NCBI GenBank assembly: GCA_034670305.1 | Contig: JAXMNT010000016.1 | Location: forward strand, 83,615 to 147,614 | Reading direction: 5' to 3' | Length of the DNA: 64,000 bases | Source of the DNA: Deltaproteobacteria bacterium | Lineage (GTDB): Bacteria > Myxococcota_A > Polyangia > Polyangiales > Houyiibacteriaceae | Part shown: piece after piece, positions 18,689-28,953 of the stretch | How the letters are laid out: each line of letters starts with the position of its first letter | How positions within the stretch are numbered: the first letter of the stretch is position 1 | Program-made: the position numbers and the translations under genes | Notes under the pieces: model-generated | Told to the model about the DNA's origin: nothing | The model's input: only the letters and a program-made list of their open reading frames with translations | Databases searched by the model: none

Positions 18689-20128
18689 TCAGTTCCAGAG
18701 GAGGACGAGGATGCCCGTGAACAGGATGTTGAGCAGCGCGAGCGGCAACAGACCCTTCCAGCAGAGCTTCATGACCTGGTCGTAGCGAAAGCGCGGGAGG
18801 GTCCAGCGGACCATCAGCTGCAGCCAGATGAAGACCACGATCTTCAGCAGGAAGAAGACGAGCTCGATGGCGAGCACGGCCCAGTGCTGCAGCGCGATGA
18901 AGTCCTGGAAGATCCAGTCGGTCATCGGGATCGCCACTTCCCACGTGCCGGGGAGATCGAACCCGCTGCGGTAGAGGAAGGGCACGTCCCAGCCACCGAA
19001 GAAGAGCACCGTGGCGAGCGCCGCGAGTGCGACGACCTCGATGAACTCACCGGTGAAGAACAGACCGAACTTCATGCCGGAGTACTCGGTGAGGTATCCA
19101 CCGACGAGCTCGCTCTCGCCTTCGGGAAGGTCGAAGGGCACACGCTTCGTCTCGGCGATGGCCGCGAAGGTGTAGAGGATGAAGGCGAAGAAGAGCGGCG
19201 GAATGAACACGCCCCAGATGCCATGGTTGTGCTGCCACATGGCCATGTCTTCGAGCCGGAGCGAGTCGTAGATCATGAAGCAGGGCACGACCGTGAGGCC
19301 GAGCGCGACTTCGTAACTGACCATCTGGCTGGCGGCGCGAAGGCCGCCCATCAGGGAGTACTTGTTGTCGCTCGCGTAGCCGCCGACCGCCGCGCCGATG
19401 ACGCCGGTGCCGGCGACCGCGAAGATGAAGAGGATGCCCACATCGAGCGATGCGACCTGCATCGGGATGGCGGTCGCGAGGCCCGTGCCGCTGCCGTCGC
19501 ACATGCTCGGATGCGCCAGATCGGTCGCGCGCGGCACCACGTCGGTGAGGCACTCGAGGTAGAACGTGTCCGCGAAGGGAATGACCGCGAACGCGAGGAT
19601 CGCCGGGATGACCGTGATGATCGGCGCGATCGAGAACAGGAACTTGTCCGCCTTCGGCGGCACGAAGTCTTCCTTGAAGATCATCTTCACCGCGTCGGCG
19701 AGCGGATGCAGCAGGCCGATCAGGGCGAGCTTGCCGCCGTTGTCGACGTAGCCCTTGTTGACCTTGTGGCCGAGCAGCATGAGCACGGCGAGCACGCCGA
19801 AGACCGGCAGGCTGATGTAGAGGTCTTCCGCCGGAACACCCAGGTCCCAGCCAGTCATCCACATGAGCGCGAGCATCGCGGTCGCGAGGCCGCCGAGCAG
19901 CATGAAGACGAAGAAGCCGGCCCGCAGGGGCTTGAGGCTGAACTTGAAGAAGCCGACCAGCGCCTTCGGCAGCTGGATGTGGGCGCGGTGCGGACCGACG
20001 CGGTCCTGGATCATCGCGCTCTGTCGGCGCTCCGCCCAGACGAGCATCGGCGCGAACGCACCGACCACCACGACCACGATGAAGAGGATCTTGGCGACCG
20101 CCGCCAGGAAGATGTCGAACGTATCCAT
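18689..20128 (-). CDS. nuoH: NADH-quinone oxidoreductase subunit H (enlarged)
   Basis: AERR..A.IQDRVGP, PLADAVK, NKYSLMGGLRAASQMVSYE, PFDLPEGESELVGGY.TEYSG, RWTLPRFRYDQ. Confidence 0.95.
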   Translation of the reverse strand: MDTFDIFLAAVAKILFIVVVVVGAFAPMLVWAERRQSAMIQDRVGPHRAHIQLPKALVGFFKFSLKPLRAGFFVFMLLGGLATAMLALMWMTGWDLGVPAEDLYISLPVFGVLAVLMLLGHKVNKGYVDNGGKLALIGLLHPLADAVKMIFKEDFVPPKADKFLFSIAPIITVIPAILAFAVIPFADTFYLECLTDVVPRATDLAHPSMCDGSGTGLATAIPMQVASLDVGILFIFAVAGTGVIGAAVGGYASDNKYSLMGGLRAASQMVSYEVALGLTVVPCFMIYDSLRLEDMAMWQHNHGIWGVFIPPLFFAFILYTFAAIAETKRVPFDLPEGESELVGGYLTEYSGMKFGLFFTGEFIEVVALAALATVLFFGGWDVPFLYRSGFDLPGTWEVAIPMTDWIFQDFIALQHWAVLAIELVFFLLKIVVFIWLQLMVRWTLPRFRYDQVMKLCWKGLLPLALLNILFTGILVLLWN

Positions 20129-20130
20129 GA

Positions 20131-21741
20131 CTACGCCGTCGCCGTGGGTTCTGCGGCCGCCTCGGCGGTCGCGGATTGGGTGAGTTCGTCGCGGACTTCA
20201 CCGGTCCGCACGTAACCGAGGTCGTGGCCGAGCGCCGCGGCGACCTGCACGAGCGTCTTCCACGCGGTCTCCACTCCGTCCGGGGACGGGATGGCGCGGG
20301 TGAACGTCTGGAAGAGGCCCTGGCCGTTCACGAACGAACCGAAGGACTCGGCCCAGCTCGCGACCGGGACCTGCACCGAAGCCACCGCGCTGAGCGGGCC
20401 TTCGTTGCTGGCCAGCACGACGACCGTGTCCAGGCTGCCAAGCGCATCGAGTGCGCCCTCGCGTTCTCCGCCGTGGTGGCCGAGCGCGAGCACCGCGGAG
20501 ACTTCGCCCGCGAGCACGTCCTGGGCGAGGTCTTCGAGGTCGTGCAGTTCCACCGATTTGGCGGCGAGCGTCGCGCCGGCGCGGTTCGGGTTCGGGTCCG
20601 ACGAACGCAGGATGTCGTCGCCTTCCCAGCCCACGTCTTCGGCCTCGCGCGCCGCGAGGTAGAGCCGGCCGGCGCCGAGTTTCTCGGCGAAGCGGGCGAG
20701 CACCCAGTTGTCTTCGTTGCTCATGCCAGCGCTCAGCACGATGGCGAGCTTCTTGGCGTCGACTGCGCCGAGTTTGGCGGCGACCAGGTCGACCGCTTCT
20801 TCGGGAAGCAGCCGTTCGGCGCCCTCCCCGCGGCCATCGACGGGCGTCTTGAGGCGCCCTTCGTGGACCTCGGTGTAGGTCATCATGCCGTCGTCGCACA
20901 TCCAGAACTTGTTCACGTCCTCGTTGTCGCGCGGGCGAAGGCGGTAGACCTTGCCGATGCGCGGATCGAAGTCGACGTGGCTGTTGCAGCCGGTGCTGCA
21001 ACCGGTGCAGACGCCCTCGACCGACTTGAGGAACCAGACCCGCGCCTTGAAGCGGAAGTCTTGGCTGGTGAGGGCGCCGACCGGGCACACGTGCTCGGTC
21101 ATCAGGGTGTAGCGGTGGTCGAGCTCGCGGCCGGGGGCGAGCACGATCTCGTTCTTGTTCCCGCGCTCGCGCATGTCGAGCACGTGGTCGCCGACCAGCT
21201 CGTCGCACACGCGGATGCAGCGGGTGCACATGATGCAGCGCTCGGCGTCGTAGACGATGGTCGGGCCGAAGGTGACGCCCTTCGGTTTGTGCACCGGTTC
21301 GGTCTGCTTGCGCTTCGCGGTGTGCTGGTGCTCTTCGTAGTAGTCCTGCAGTTTGCACTCGCCGGCCTGGTCGCAGATCGGACAGTCGACCGGGTGGTTG
21401 AGCAGCAGGAACTCTTGCACGTGCGCCTGCGCGTTCTCGACCTCTTCGCCCACCGACGTCACCTCCATGCCCTCGCCGGCGGCCTGCTGGCAGGCCGGGG
21501 TGAGCTTGGGTTTCGTGTCGGGCACGTAGGCCTTCTTCTTCTCATCCCACTTGAGCGTGGGCATCGCCATCTGGCGGCCGCTCGTGATGTGCACGAGGCA
21601 CATGCGGCAGTTCGCGGCGACGCTCAAACCCGGGTGCCAGCAGTAGTGGGGGATCTCGATCCCGGCACGCCATGCGGCGCGCATGATGGTGTCCCCGGGC
21701 TCGAAGGGGATGTCTTGGCCGTTCAGTTTGAAGGTCGGCAT
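20131..21741 (-). CDS. nuoG: NADH-quinone oxidoreductase subunit G (short form)
   Basis: IPHYCWHPGL..AANCRMC, HPVDCPICDQAGECKLQD, RCIMCTRC, CTGCSTGC. Confidence 0.93.
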   Translation of the reverse strand: MPTFKLNGQDIPFEPGDTIMRAAWRAGIEIPHYCWHPGLSVAANCRMCLVHITSGRQMAMPTLKWDEKKKAYVPDTKPKLTPACQQAAGEGMEVTSVGEEVENAQAHVQEFLLLNHPVDCPICDQAGECKLQDYYEEHQHTAKRKQTEPVHKPKGVTFGPTIVYDAERCIMCTRCIRVCDELVGDHVLDMRERGNKNEIVLAPGRELDHRYTLMTEHVCPVGALTSQDFRFKARVWFLKSVEGVCTGCSTGCNSHVDFDPRIGKVYRLRPRDNEDVNKFWMCDDGMMTYTEVHEGRLKTPVDGRGEGAERLLPEEAVDLVAAKLGAVDAKKLAIVLSAGMSNEDNWVLARFAEKLGAGRLYLAAREAEDVGWEGDDILRSSDPNPNRAGATLAAKSVELHDLEDLAQDVLAGEVSAVLALGHHGGEREGALDALGSLDTVVVLASNEGPLSAVASVQVPVASWAESFGSFVNGQGLFQTFTRAIPSPDGVETAWKTLVQVAAALGHDLGYVRTGEVRDELTQSATAEAAAEPTATA

Positions 21742-21793
21742 TCGCTGCTACTCGTTTGAAGTCCGTTCGATCGTGAAGTCCGCAGAACGCGGC

Positions 21794-23014
21794 TCAGCGA
21801 TCGCACTCGCCGCCGATCATGTTGATCGAGCCGAAGGTGGGGATGATGTCCGCGATCATGTCTCCGATGAGCATCTCGCGGACGGCTTGCAGGTTGTACC
21901 AACAGGGAGGTCGCACTCGGACGCGGTACGGGGTGCCGCTGCCGTCGCTGACGATGTAGAAGCCGAGCTCGCCGTTGCCGCCTTCGGTGAAGGAGTAGAC
22001 GGCGCCCTTGGGGCACTTGAGGCCTTCCATCACGAGCTTGAAGTGCGCGATGGTCGCTTCGATCGTGGTGTACACCTCGCGCTTCTCGGGAAGCATGATG
22101 CGCGAGTCGGTGACCGAGACCGGACCGTCGGTGGGCATCTGGTCGAGCGCTTGCTCGATGATGCGGATCGACTGCCGGATCTCTTCCATGCGGACCATGA
22201 AGCGGTCCCAGTTGTCGCCGTCTTCACCGACCGGGACCTCGAAGTCGAACCGGTCGTAGACCATGTACGGGTGGTCCTTGCGGACGTCGTACGCCACGCC
22301 GGTCGAACGCAGCACCGGGCCGCTGCAGCCAAGGGCGACGGCGCGCTCCTTCGAGAGGATGCCGACGCCCTGCATGCGGTCGAGGAAGATGCGGTTCTTG
22401 AGCAGCAGCCCTTCGGCTTCGCCCACCACCTTGTGGATCTCCGGGATGATCGCCCGTACGTCGTCGGCGAAGCCGTCCGTGGGCGGGAACGCCATGCCGC
22501 CGATGCGACCGAAGCTGTGCGTCATGCGCGCGCCGGTCTCGCGCTCGAGAATGTCCCAGACCCAGTCCCGGACCTTGAGCAGCCAGAGGAAGGGCGTGAA
22601 CGCGCCAAGCTCCATCGCGCCGGCGCCGTTGCTCGTGAAGTGGTCGCAGATGCGGGCGAGCTCGCCGAGGATGACCCGGTAGTACTGACCGCGGTCGGGC
22701 ACTTCGATGCCGAGCAGCTTCTCCACCGCGAGCGAGAAGCCCACGTTGTTGAGCATCGGCGAGACGTAGTTCAGCCGGTCGGCGTACGGGAAGACCTGGG
22801 CCCAGGTGCCGCGTTCGCAGCTCTTCTCGAACCCGCGGTGCAAGTAGCCGGGCTGCACGTCCACGTTCATGACCGTCTCGCCGTCGAGGTCGAGCACCAT
22901 ACGGATGGTGCCGTGCATCGCCGGGTGGGACGGGCCCATGTTGAGGCGCATCGGATCCGCGGGGATCTCGAGGGCCTCGTCTTCGTCTTCAAAGATCTCG
23001 TCGGGGGCTTCCAC
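21794..23014 (-). CDS. nuoD: NADH-quinone oxidoreductase subunit D
   Basis: LNMGPSHPAMHG, GYLHRGFEK, DRLNY, C-terminal GECDR. Confidence 0.96.
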   Translation of the reverse strand: MEAPDEIFEDEDEALEIPADPMRLNMGPSHPAMHGTIRMVLDLDGETVMNVDVQPGYLHRGFEKSCERGTWAQVFPYADRLNYVSPMLNNVGFSLAVEKLLGIEVPDRGQYYRVILGELARICDHFTSNGAGAMELGAFTPFLWLLKVRDWVWDILERETGARMTHSFGRIGGMAFPPTDGFADDVRAIIPEIHKVVGEAEGLLLKNRIFLDRMQGVGILSKERAVALGCSGPVLRSTGVAYDVRKDHPYMVYDRFDFEVPVGEDGDNWDRFMVRMEEIRQSIRIIEQALDQMPTDGPVSVTDSRIMLPEKREVYTTIEATIAHFKLVMEGLKCPKGAVYSFTEGGNGELGFYIVSDGSGTPYRVRVRPPCWYNLQAVREMLIGDMIADIIPTFGSINMIGGECDR

Positions 23015-23728
23015 TCAGCTCTCCGGAGTTTCTGCCGCGTCCGCGGCCTTCTTTTGTGCGAGCTCGGCGGCTTGGTCTTCGGCGACCTTCGAGTCGGAGA
23101 GCGCGCGGCGCTGCCCGAGCTGCAGACCGATCGACGGCGAGACCTGCTCGTCGCGGCCGGCCAGGCGCTCTTCCCAGTCGATGCGGGCGAAGGGCTGGCC
23201 TTCTTCGATGCCGAAGGGCGGGAGTTTCAGCGTGCTGTCGACGTCGCGGTATTCGACAAGCGGCTGCACGCGGTCGATCGGGTAGTCCTTGCGGAGCGGC
23301 CACCCTTCGAACTCGTCGTACATGAGGATTCGGCGGAGATCCTTGTGGCCTTCGAACTCGATCCCGAACATGTCGTAGACCTCGCGCTCGGCCCAGTTGG
23401 CGCCGGACCAGACCGGGGTCAGGCTCGCGAGCTTCTTGCCGTCGGCAAGCTCGGTGCGCAGGCGCATCCGGTGGTTGTGCTGCATCGAACGGCAGAGCAG
23501 GAGCACGTCGAAACGTGCGCCGCCCTCCATCTCGCGCTCCGGGTAGTCCACCGCAGTGACGTCGGTGAAGTGATCCATCGCCGACTTCTCGTGGTCCCGC
23601 AGGAAGGTCGCGACCTCCACCCAATGTTTGGGCGCGACGGTGACCTCTGCGTCGCCGCGGAAATCCGTGGCCAGGAGGATCTTGTCCCCGAACTCCTTCT
23701 GGAGGAGCTTCGTGACCTTCTTGCTCAT
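23015..23728 (-). CDS. nuoC: NADH-quinone oxidoreductase subunit C
   Basis: DVTAVDYP, ANWAEREVYDMFGI.F.GH.DLRRILM, PLRKDYP; ATGA overlap with nuoB. Confidence 0.95.
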   Translation of the reverse strand: MSKKVTKLLQKEFGDKILLATDFRGDAEVTVAPKHWVEVATFLRDHEKSAMDHFTDVTAVDYPEREMEGGARFDVLLLCRSMQHNHRMRLRTELADGKKLASLTPVWSGANWAEREVYDMFGIEFEGHKDLRRILMYDEFEGWPLRKDYPIDRVQPLVEYRDVDSTLKLPPFGIEEGQPFARIDWEERLAGRDEQVSPSIGLQLGQRRALSDSKVAEDQAAELAQKKAADAAETPES

Positions 23729-24324
23729 GACTTGTCGACCTTGGGCACCTTGGTGCGCAAACGGGCGAGCTCGGGCACGTCGCGCGGCGGCACGCTCACC
23801 GGCTGACGGTTGCCGTTCTTCACCTTCTCCATGAGGAGCATCAGGCCATCGAGCACCGCTTCGGGGCGGGGCGGGCAGCCAGGAATGTAGATGTCGACGG
23901 GCACGATCTTGTCCACGCCCGGAATGGTCGTGTAGTTGTCGTAGAATCCGCCGCAGCTCGCGCAGGTGCCGAACGCGACGACCCACTTGGGCTCGGTCAT
24001 CTGTTCGTAGATGCGCTTGAGCGCGGGTCCCTGTCGCTGGCTGATCGTTCCGACGACCCAGAGCACGTCCGACTGACGCGGGCTGAAGCGGGGCGCCTCG
24101 GCGCCGAAGCGCGCGATGTCGTAGCGGGGCGAAGCCACCGCGAAGAACTCCATGCCACAGCACGCCGTCGCGAACGGGTACTGGAAGAGGGAGTAGCGCC
24201 GGGCCCACGCCAAAAGCGCGTCCAGCTTGGTCGTGACGAAGCCCGAGTTGGGATCGCCTCCGACGAACTTCTTGGACTGGGGACCAGCCACGGGAAGACT
24301 CCCGGGCTTTTTCACTTCTCCCAT
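23725..24324 (-). CDS. nuoB: NADH-quinone oxidoreductase subunit B
   Basis: TACCGME, SPRQSD, PVDIYIPGCPPRPE. Confidence 0.96.
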   Translation of the reverse strand: MGEVKKPGSLPVAGPQSKKFVGGDPNSGFVTTKLDALLAWARRYSLFQYPFATACCGMEFFAVASPRYDIARFGAEAPRFSPRQSDVLWVVGTISQRQGPALKRIYEQMTEPKWVVAFGTCASCGGFYDNYTTIPGVDKIVPVDIYIPGCPPRPEAVLDGLMLLMEKVKNGNRQPVSVPPRDVPELARLRTKVPKVDKS

Positions 24325-24671
24325 TCGAGGGCACCCTTTTTCCACGCGTAGACCAGGGTCACGCCGAGGATCAGTAGGAAGAGCAGCATCTCCACGAAAC
24401 CGAACCATCCGAGTTCACGGAACATGCTCGCCCACGGGTAGAGGAACACTGCCTCGATGTCGAAGACCACGAAGAGGATCGCGGTCAGGTAGAACTTGAC
24501 GCTCTGCCGGAGGTGGCTCGCACCGATGGTGTTCGAGCCCGACTCGTAGGGGAGCATCTTCTCGGGGGTCGGCTTTTTCGGACCCGCGAGGGAGGTGGCC
24601 GTGAACATCCCGAGCGCCACCAAGGTGGCGACGAGGAGCATCAAGAAGACCGGAAGATAGATGGCGAGCAT
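24312..24671 (-). CDS. nuoA: NADH-quinone oxidoreductase subunit A
   Basis: K..PYESG, KFYLTAILFVVFDIEAVFLYPW, WKKGALEW. Confidence 0.96.
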   Translation of the reverse strand: MLAIYLPVFLMLLVATLVALGMFTATSLAGPKKPTPEKMLPYESGSNTIGASHLRQSVKFYLTAILFVVFDIEAVFLYPWASMFRELGWFGFVEMLLFLLILGVTLVYAWKKGALEWEK

Positions 24672-24996
24672 GGGTGGGGAATTCTCGCTGAGCGGAAGTC
24701 GGTGGGACGGCCCCGAGGTGAACCTACAGCAGTGGCGCGGAGTATCGCGTCAGCCGCCTCGAAATCACACGGAAATCCCTGAAAGACCCGAGATTCGTTT
24801 GGGAAATCGGTCTGCTTCTAGCCTCGCGCCCGGAAACTGTCAATCGCAGGAGCGGCACCCGATGGCCGCGTGCGACCGCTGACGGTGCGATCGCCCGGAA
24901 ACCCCAGTGGCTGAGTCCTGCGCTGGGGTCGCACCGGCGCCATCGCGGGGACCCCCCTTGATGAGAATCGATCGCCGATGTAGGGCAACGCCTCAC

Positions 24997-26814
24997 ATGC
25001 TTCGTACCTCCGCCCTCGCCTTCTTGCTCGTCTTCACCACTGCCCACGCGGGTGCCTTCGCCCAGGAGGGCCCCGAGGAAGACCCGCACGCCGGCCACGC
25101 CGAGCAGCAACCGCTCGCGGCCAGCATGGAGAAGGCCGTCGACGAGTTCTTCGGCAAGTACATCGTCAGCCCGCTCGTCACGGTCTTCTTCTTCGACGTC
25201 GTCTTCTGGGACACGCCGCCGAGCCCCGACGACTCCGACGTCCCGCACCTCACACCCGATGAGAACACCCGGCGGTGGATCCTCCAGACCGTCAACAACG
25301 CCGACGAGGAGTCGCTCGCCGGCATGGTCGGCCCCCACGTCGCCACCTCGCTCATCGAGCAGCGACCACTGACCTACCAGAACCTCGAAGACGCCGCGGC
25401 GATCAGTGGGGATACGAAGACGATCGATCTACTCGCCGCCCACGCCGGCGCGCTGACGGTGCCGCTCGTCGTGTTGTGGCTCGTGCTCGGCGCCCTCTTC
25501 TTCACGTTCCGCTTCAACTTCCCGAACGTGCGCGCCCTCGGCCACGCGATCCGGGTCACCCGCGGCGACTACGACGACGACTCGCAGCCGGGGGAGGTGA
25601 GCCATTTCCAGGCCTTGAGCTCTGCGCTCTCTGCCACCGTGGGGCTCGGCAACATCGCCGGCGTGGCGGTGGCCGTCAGCGCCGGTGGGCCGGGCGCCGT
25701 GTTCTGGATGGTGGTCGCCGCGTTCTTCGGCATGTGCTCGAAGTTCAGCGAATGCACGCTCGGCCAGCTCTACCGGGAGGTCGATGAGAAGGGGAACGTG
25801 TCCGGTGGACCGATGCGCTACCTCGAGACCGGCCTCGCGGAGCTGAAGATGCGTCCGTTCGGCAAGGTGTTGGCCGTCACGTTCGCCATCATGTGCATCG
25901 GCGGCAGCCTTGGCGGTGGCAACATGTTCCAGGCGAACCAAAGCGGCGCGCAGATCGCAGCCGTCGTCCCGATGTTCGGAGAGCCGCTTGGCAAACTCGC
26001 GTACGGCATCGCGCTCGCACTCTTCGTGGCGGCCGTGATCATCGGCGGCATCAAACGCATCGGCAAGGTCGCCGGCTACATCGTGCCGATCATGTGCGGC
26101 GTGTACGTGCTCGCGGGCATGGCGGTCATCCTCGTCAACGCAGGCGAGATCGGGGGCGCGTTCGGCAAGATCTTTGGCGAAGCCTTCACCCCGAACGCGG
26201 TCGGCGGCGGGTTTCTCGGCGTGCTCATGATCGGATTCCAGCGCGCCGCGTTCTCCAACGAGGCCGGCGTGGGTTCGGCGTCGATCGCGCACTCCGCCGC
26301 GAGCACCGACGAACCGGTCCGCGAGGGCATCGTCGCCCTGCTCGAACCGTTCATCGACACCATCATCGTCTGCACCATGACCGGCCTCGTCGTGGTCATC
26401 ACCGGCGCGTACACGAGCGGTCTCGAAGGCGTCGAGATGACCTCGATGGCGTTCAACACCGTGCTGCCTGGCTTCAAGTACGTCCTCACGGCGGCGGTCG
26501 TGCTCTTCGCCTTTTCCACGATGATCTCTTGGAGCTACTACGGCGAGCGCTGCTGGACGTACCTGTTCGGGACCGGCACCTCGATGATCTACAAGGTGAT
26601 CTTCCTAATCTTCGTCGTGCTCGGCGCGATGCTGGAGCTCGGGAACGTCATCACGTTCTCCGATCTCATGGTCCTCGGCATGGCGTTCCCGAACATTCTC
26701 GGCATGTACTTCTTGAGCGGCAAAGTGAAACGTGCCTTCGACGACTACTGGGGCCGCGTGAAGTCCGGCGAAATCAAACCCCTCGCCGACCAGGACGTCC
26801 CTGCAGAGCGGTAG
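24997..26814 (+). CDS. Alanine/glycine:cation symporter (AgcS/AlsT family) with N-terminal signal and HhH-like insert
   Basis: SHFQALSSALSATVGLGNIAGVAVA..GGPGA.FWM, GGPMRY, GGGNMFQANQ, FSNEAG.GSA, EPFIDTIIVC, SWSYYGE. Confidence 0.93.
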   Translation: MLRTSALAFLLVFTTAHAGAFAQEGPEEDPHAGHAEQQPLAASMEKAVDEFFGKYIVSPLVTVFFFDVVFWDTPPSPDDSDVPHLTPDENTRRWILQTVNNADEESLAGMVGPHVATSLIEQRPLTYQNLEDAAAISGDTKTIDLLAAHAGALTVPLVVLWLVLGALFFTFRFNFPNVRALGHAIRVTRGDYDDDSQPGEVSHFQALSSALSATVGLGNIAGVAVAVSAGGPGAVFWMVVAAFFGMCSKFSECTLGQLYREVDEKGNVSGGPMRYLETGLAELKMRPFGKVLAVTFAIMCIGGSLGGGNMFQANQSGAQIAAVVPMFGEPLGKLAYGIALALFVAAVIIGGIKRIGKVAGYIVPIMCGVYVLAGMAVILVNAGEIGGAFGKIFGEAFTPNAVGGGFLGVLMIGFQRAAFSNEAGVGSASIAHSAASTDEPVREGIVALLEPFIDTIIVCTMTGLVVVITGAYTSGLEGVEMTSMAFNTVLPGFKYVLTAAVVLFAFSTMISWSYYGERCWTYLFGTGTSMIYKVIFLIFVVLGAMLELGNVITFSDLMVLGMAFPNILGMYFLSGKVKRAFDDYWGRVKSGEIKPLADQDVPAER

Positions 26815-26872
26815 AAGCCGCCTCACTTTCGCGATTTGATCGGGTCCCGCCTCGCAGATTCTGCGAGACCGC

Positions 26873-28768
26873 TTGACGGGTGCGTGTTCGGCGCGGGATC
26901 CTCCGATCGTGGGGACCACCGAGGCTGATGGAACGCCTCCACCGGACGCTTCGGGACGAACGAGCGGGGTGGAAGAGCGATCTTCCGTCGCGCCGGGGCC
27001 TGGCCTCGGTGCGCTGGAGGTTCGGTGCCCGCATTGCACCCGTGCCCATCCCCGATCGTGGTCGCACTGCCCGACCTCCGGCAAACCGCTCACCGTCGGG
27101 CCAGCGCTCGTCGGACGCATCATCGCGGGGCGCTACGAGATCCGCGGCATCCTCGGCGAAGGCGGCATGGGCGCGGTCTACGAAGCCATCCACCTCGACA
27201 TCGGGCGGCGCGTTGCACTCAAGCGGCTGCATCCCGAACTCGCGACCGACCAGAGCGCGGTCACGCGGTTTCATCGAGAGGCGCGTGCGGCCGGCTCGAC
27301 GGGGCACGAGAACATCGTCGATGTTCTCGATCTCGGGTACGCGGAAGACGGCGCACCGTACTTGGTGATGGAGCTGCTCGAGGGGGAGACGCTCGCCTCG
27401 CGCCTGGCCCACGAACCCCAGCTCTCGGCCTCGCGCACCGCGCGCATTGGCGGCCAGGTGCTGGCGGCGCTGCAAGCTGTGCACGCCAAGGGCGTCATTC
27501 ACCGCGACCTCAAACCCGAGAACATCTTCCTCACCCGCCGGTCCGGTCGGGCGGACTTCGTGAAGGTCCTCGACTTCGGGGTGTCGAAGATCGCGACGGG
27601 CGAGGGGGAAGAATCTTCGCTGACCCGGACCGGGGTCACGGTCGGCACACCGCAGTACATGTCGCCCGAACAAGCCCGCGGCATGAAACACCTTGATCAC
27701 CGCGTGGACCTCTACGCGCTGGGAGTGATCCTCTACCGCTGCCTCAGCGGCCGGCTTCCGCTCGAGGCCGACAACTACCACGCGCTGCTTCGGTCGATTC
27801 TGGTGGTCGAACCGACCCGTTTGACGACCCTCGTGCCCACCCTGTCGCGGCCACTGTCCGACACCGTGCACCGCGCGCTGGCCAAGAAGCCTTCCGGGCG
27901 CTTTCCGGACGCGTTGAGCATGTGGCGTGAGCTCGTGCCGTTCGGCGCGCGCCCGCCGGACGACGACGTGACCGGGCTCCCGGACAGCGGCATCGGAACC
28001 CTGCCGACCCAGCTCGAGGACTCGGCGGAGACCGTCCTCGACACCCCCGCCACATGGAGCGACGTCGTCCCGACATCGCAGCCGGCCGCGTTCGTCGCCA
28101 CGTCGTTCGACTGGGACGAGTCCCGCGCCAAACCGCTGGACCTCTCGAGCCCAGACGTCAGCTCGAAGATCGCCACCCCCGCGCGTCCTTCCCGCACCCC
28201 GAAGAGCGACGAGACCCTCGGCCGGGTCAAAGGCGCGGTCGTCCTCGCCGCGCGCGAGCACCTGGCAAGGTCTGGACAAGGAACGTTTCAAGCGCTCCTC
28301 GACCGGATTCCGCCCGTCCATCGGAACATCCTCGCTGCACGGGTCTTGCCGGTGGCTTGGCTCCCCGCAGGTTCCTTCGTGGCACTGGTCGCGGCCACCG
28401 AACACGTCATGGGTACCGGCGATGGGACGCGCGCCCGCGCGCTCGGCGAAGGCGTTGCCAAAGGCACGCTGATGTCGTCGCACAAACTGCTGGTCGGCGG
28501 CGGTCGTCCCGACGCCGGCATGGAGCGCCTCCCCTCCGTCTGGATGGGCTACTTCGACGCCGCGCAGTTGGTGGCGGAACGCCTCGGCCCGAAGTCGTTT
28601 CGGTTGATCGTCTCGGAAGGCCCGGACGACCAACACATGCTCTCCCTCCTGTGCGGCTTCACTGAACGCCTCCTCGCCCTCTGCGGCGCCACCGCCCCCC
28701 GCAGCTCCATCCGCCAAAGCCGCGCCCGCGGCAACCCCGAGTCCGTCCTCCACATCCGCTGGTCGTAG
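26873..28768 (+). CDS. Ser/Thr protein kinase with N-terminal Zn-ribbon and C-terminal myxobacterial (DUF2378/V4R-like) domain
   Basis: [42 protein letters not shown]. Start uncertain (possibly GTG 26969). Confidence 0.93.
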   Translation: MTGACSARDPPIVGTTEADGTPPPDASGRTSGVEERSSVAPGPGLGALEVRCPHCTRAHPRSWSHCPTSGKPLTVGPALVGRIIAGRYEIRGILGEGGMGAVYEAIHLDIGRRVALKRLHPELATDQSAVTRFHREARAAGSTGHENIVDVLDLGYAEDGAPYLVMELLEGETLASRLAHEPQLSASRTARIGGQVLAALQAVHAKGVIHRDLKPENIFLTRRSGRADFVKVLDFGVSKIATGEGEESSLTRTGVTVGTPQYMSPEQARGMKHLDHRVDLYALGVILYRCLSGRLPLEADNYHALLRSILVVEPTRLTTLVPTLSRPLSDTVHRALAKKPSGRFPDALSMWRELVPFGARPPDDDVTGLPDSGIGTLPTQLEDSAETVLDTPATWSDVVPTSQPAAFVATSFDWDESRAKPLDLSSPDVSSKIATPARPSRTPKSDETLGRVKGAVVLAAREHLARSGQGTFQALLDRIPPVHRNILAARVLPVAWLPAGSFVALVAATEHVMGTGDGTRARALGEGVAKGTLMSSHKLLVGGGRPDAGMERLPSVWMGYFDAAQLVAERLGPKSFRLIVSEGPDDQHMLSLLCGFTERLLALCGATAPRSSIRQSRARGNPESVLHIRWS

Positions 28769-28786
28769 CGGTCGGCTCTCGCGGGT

Positions 28787-28945
28787 GTCGGCTTCGGCGT
28801 CGGCATCGGCGTCGGCGTCGGCTTCGGCGTCGGCATCGGCTTCGGCGTCGGCATCGGCTTCGGCTTCGGCATCGGCGTCGGCTTCGGTTTCGGCGTCGGC
28901 TTCGGCTTCGGCTTCGGCGTCGGCTCCGGCTTCAGCGTCGCTTCA
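28787..28945 (+). repeat. Intergenic hexamer tract (TCGGCN)n
   Basis: About 25 units between the convergent kinase and pepP. Confidence 0.92.
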
Positions 28946-28953
28946 GCCAGACG

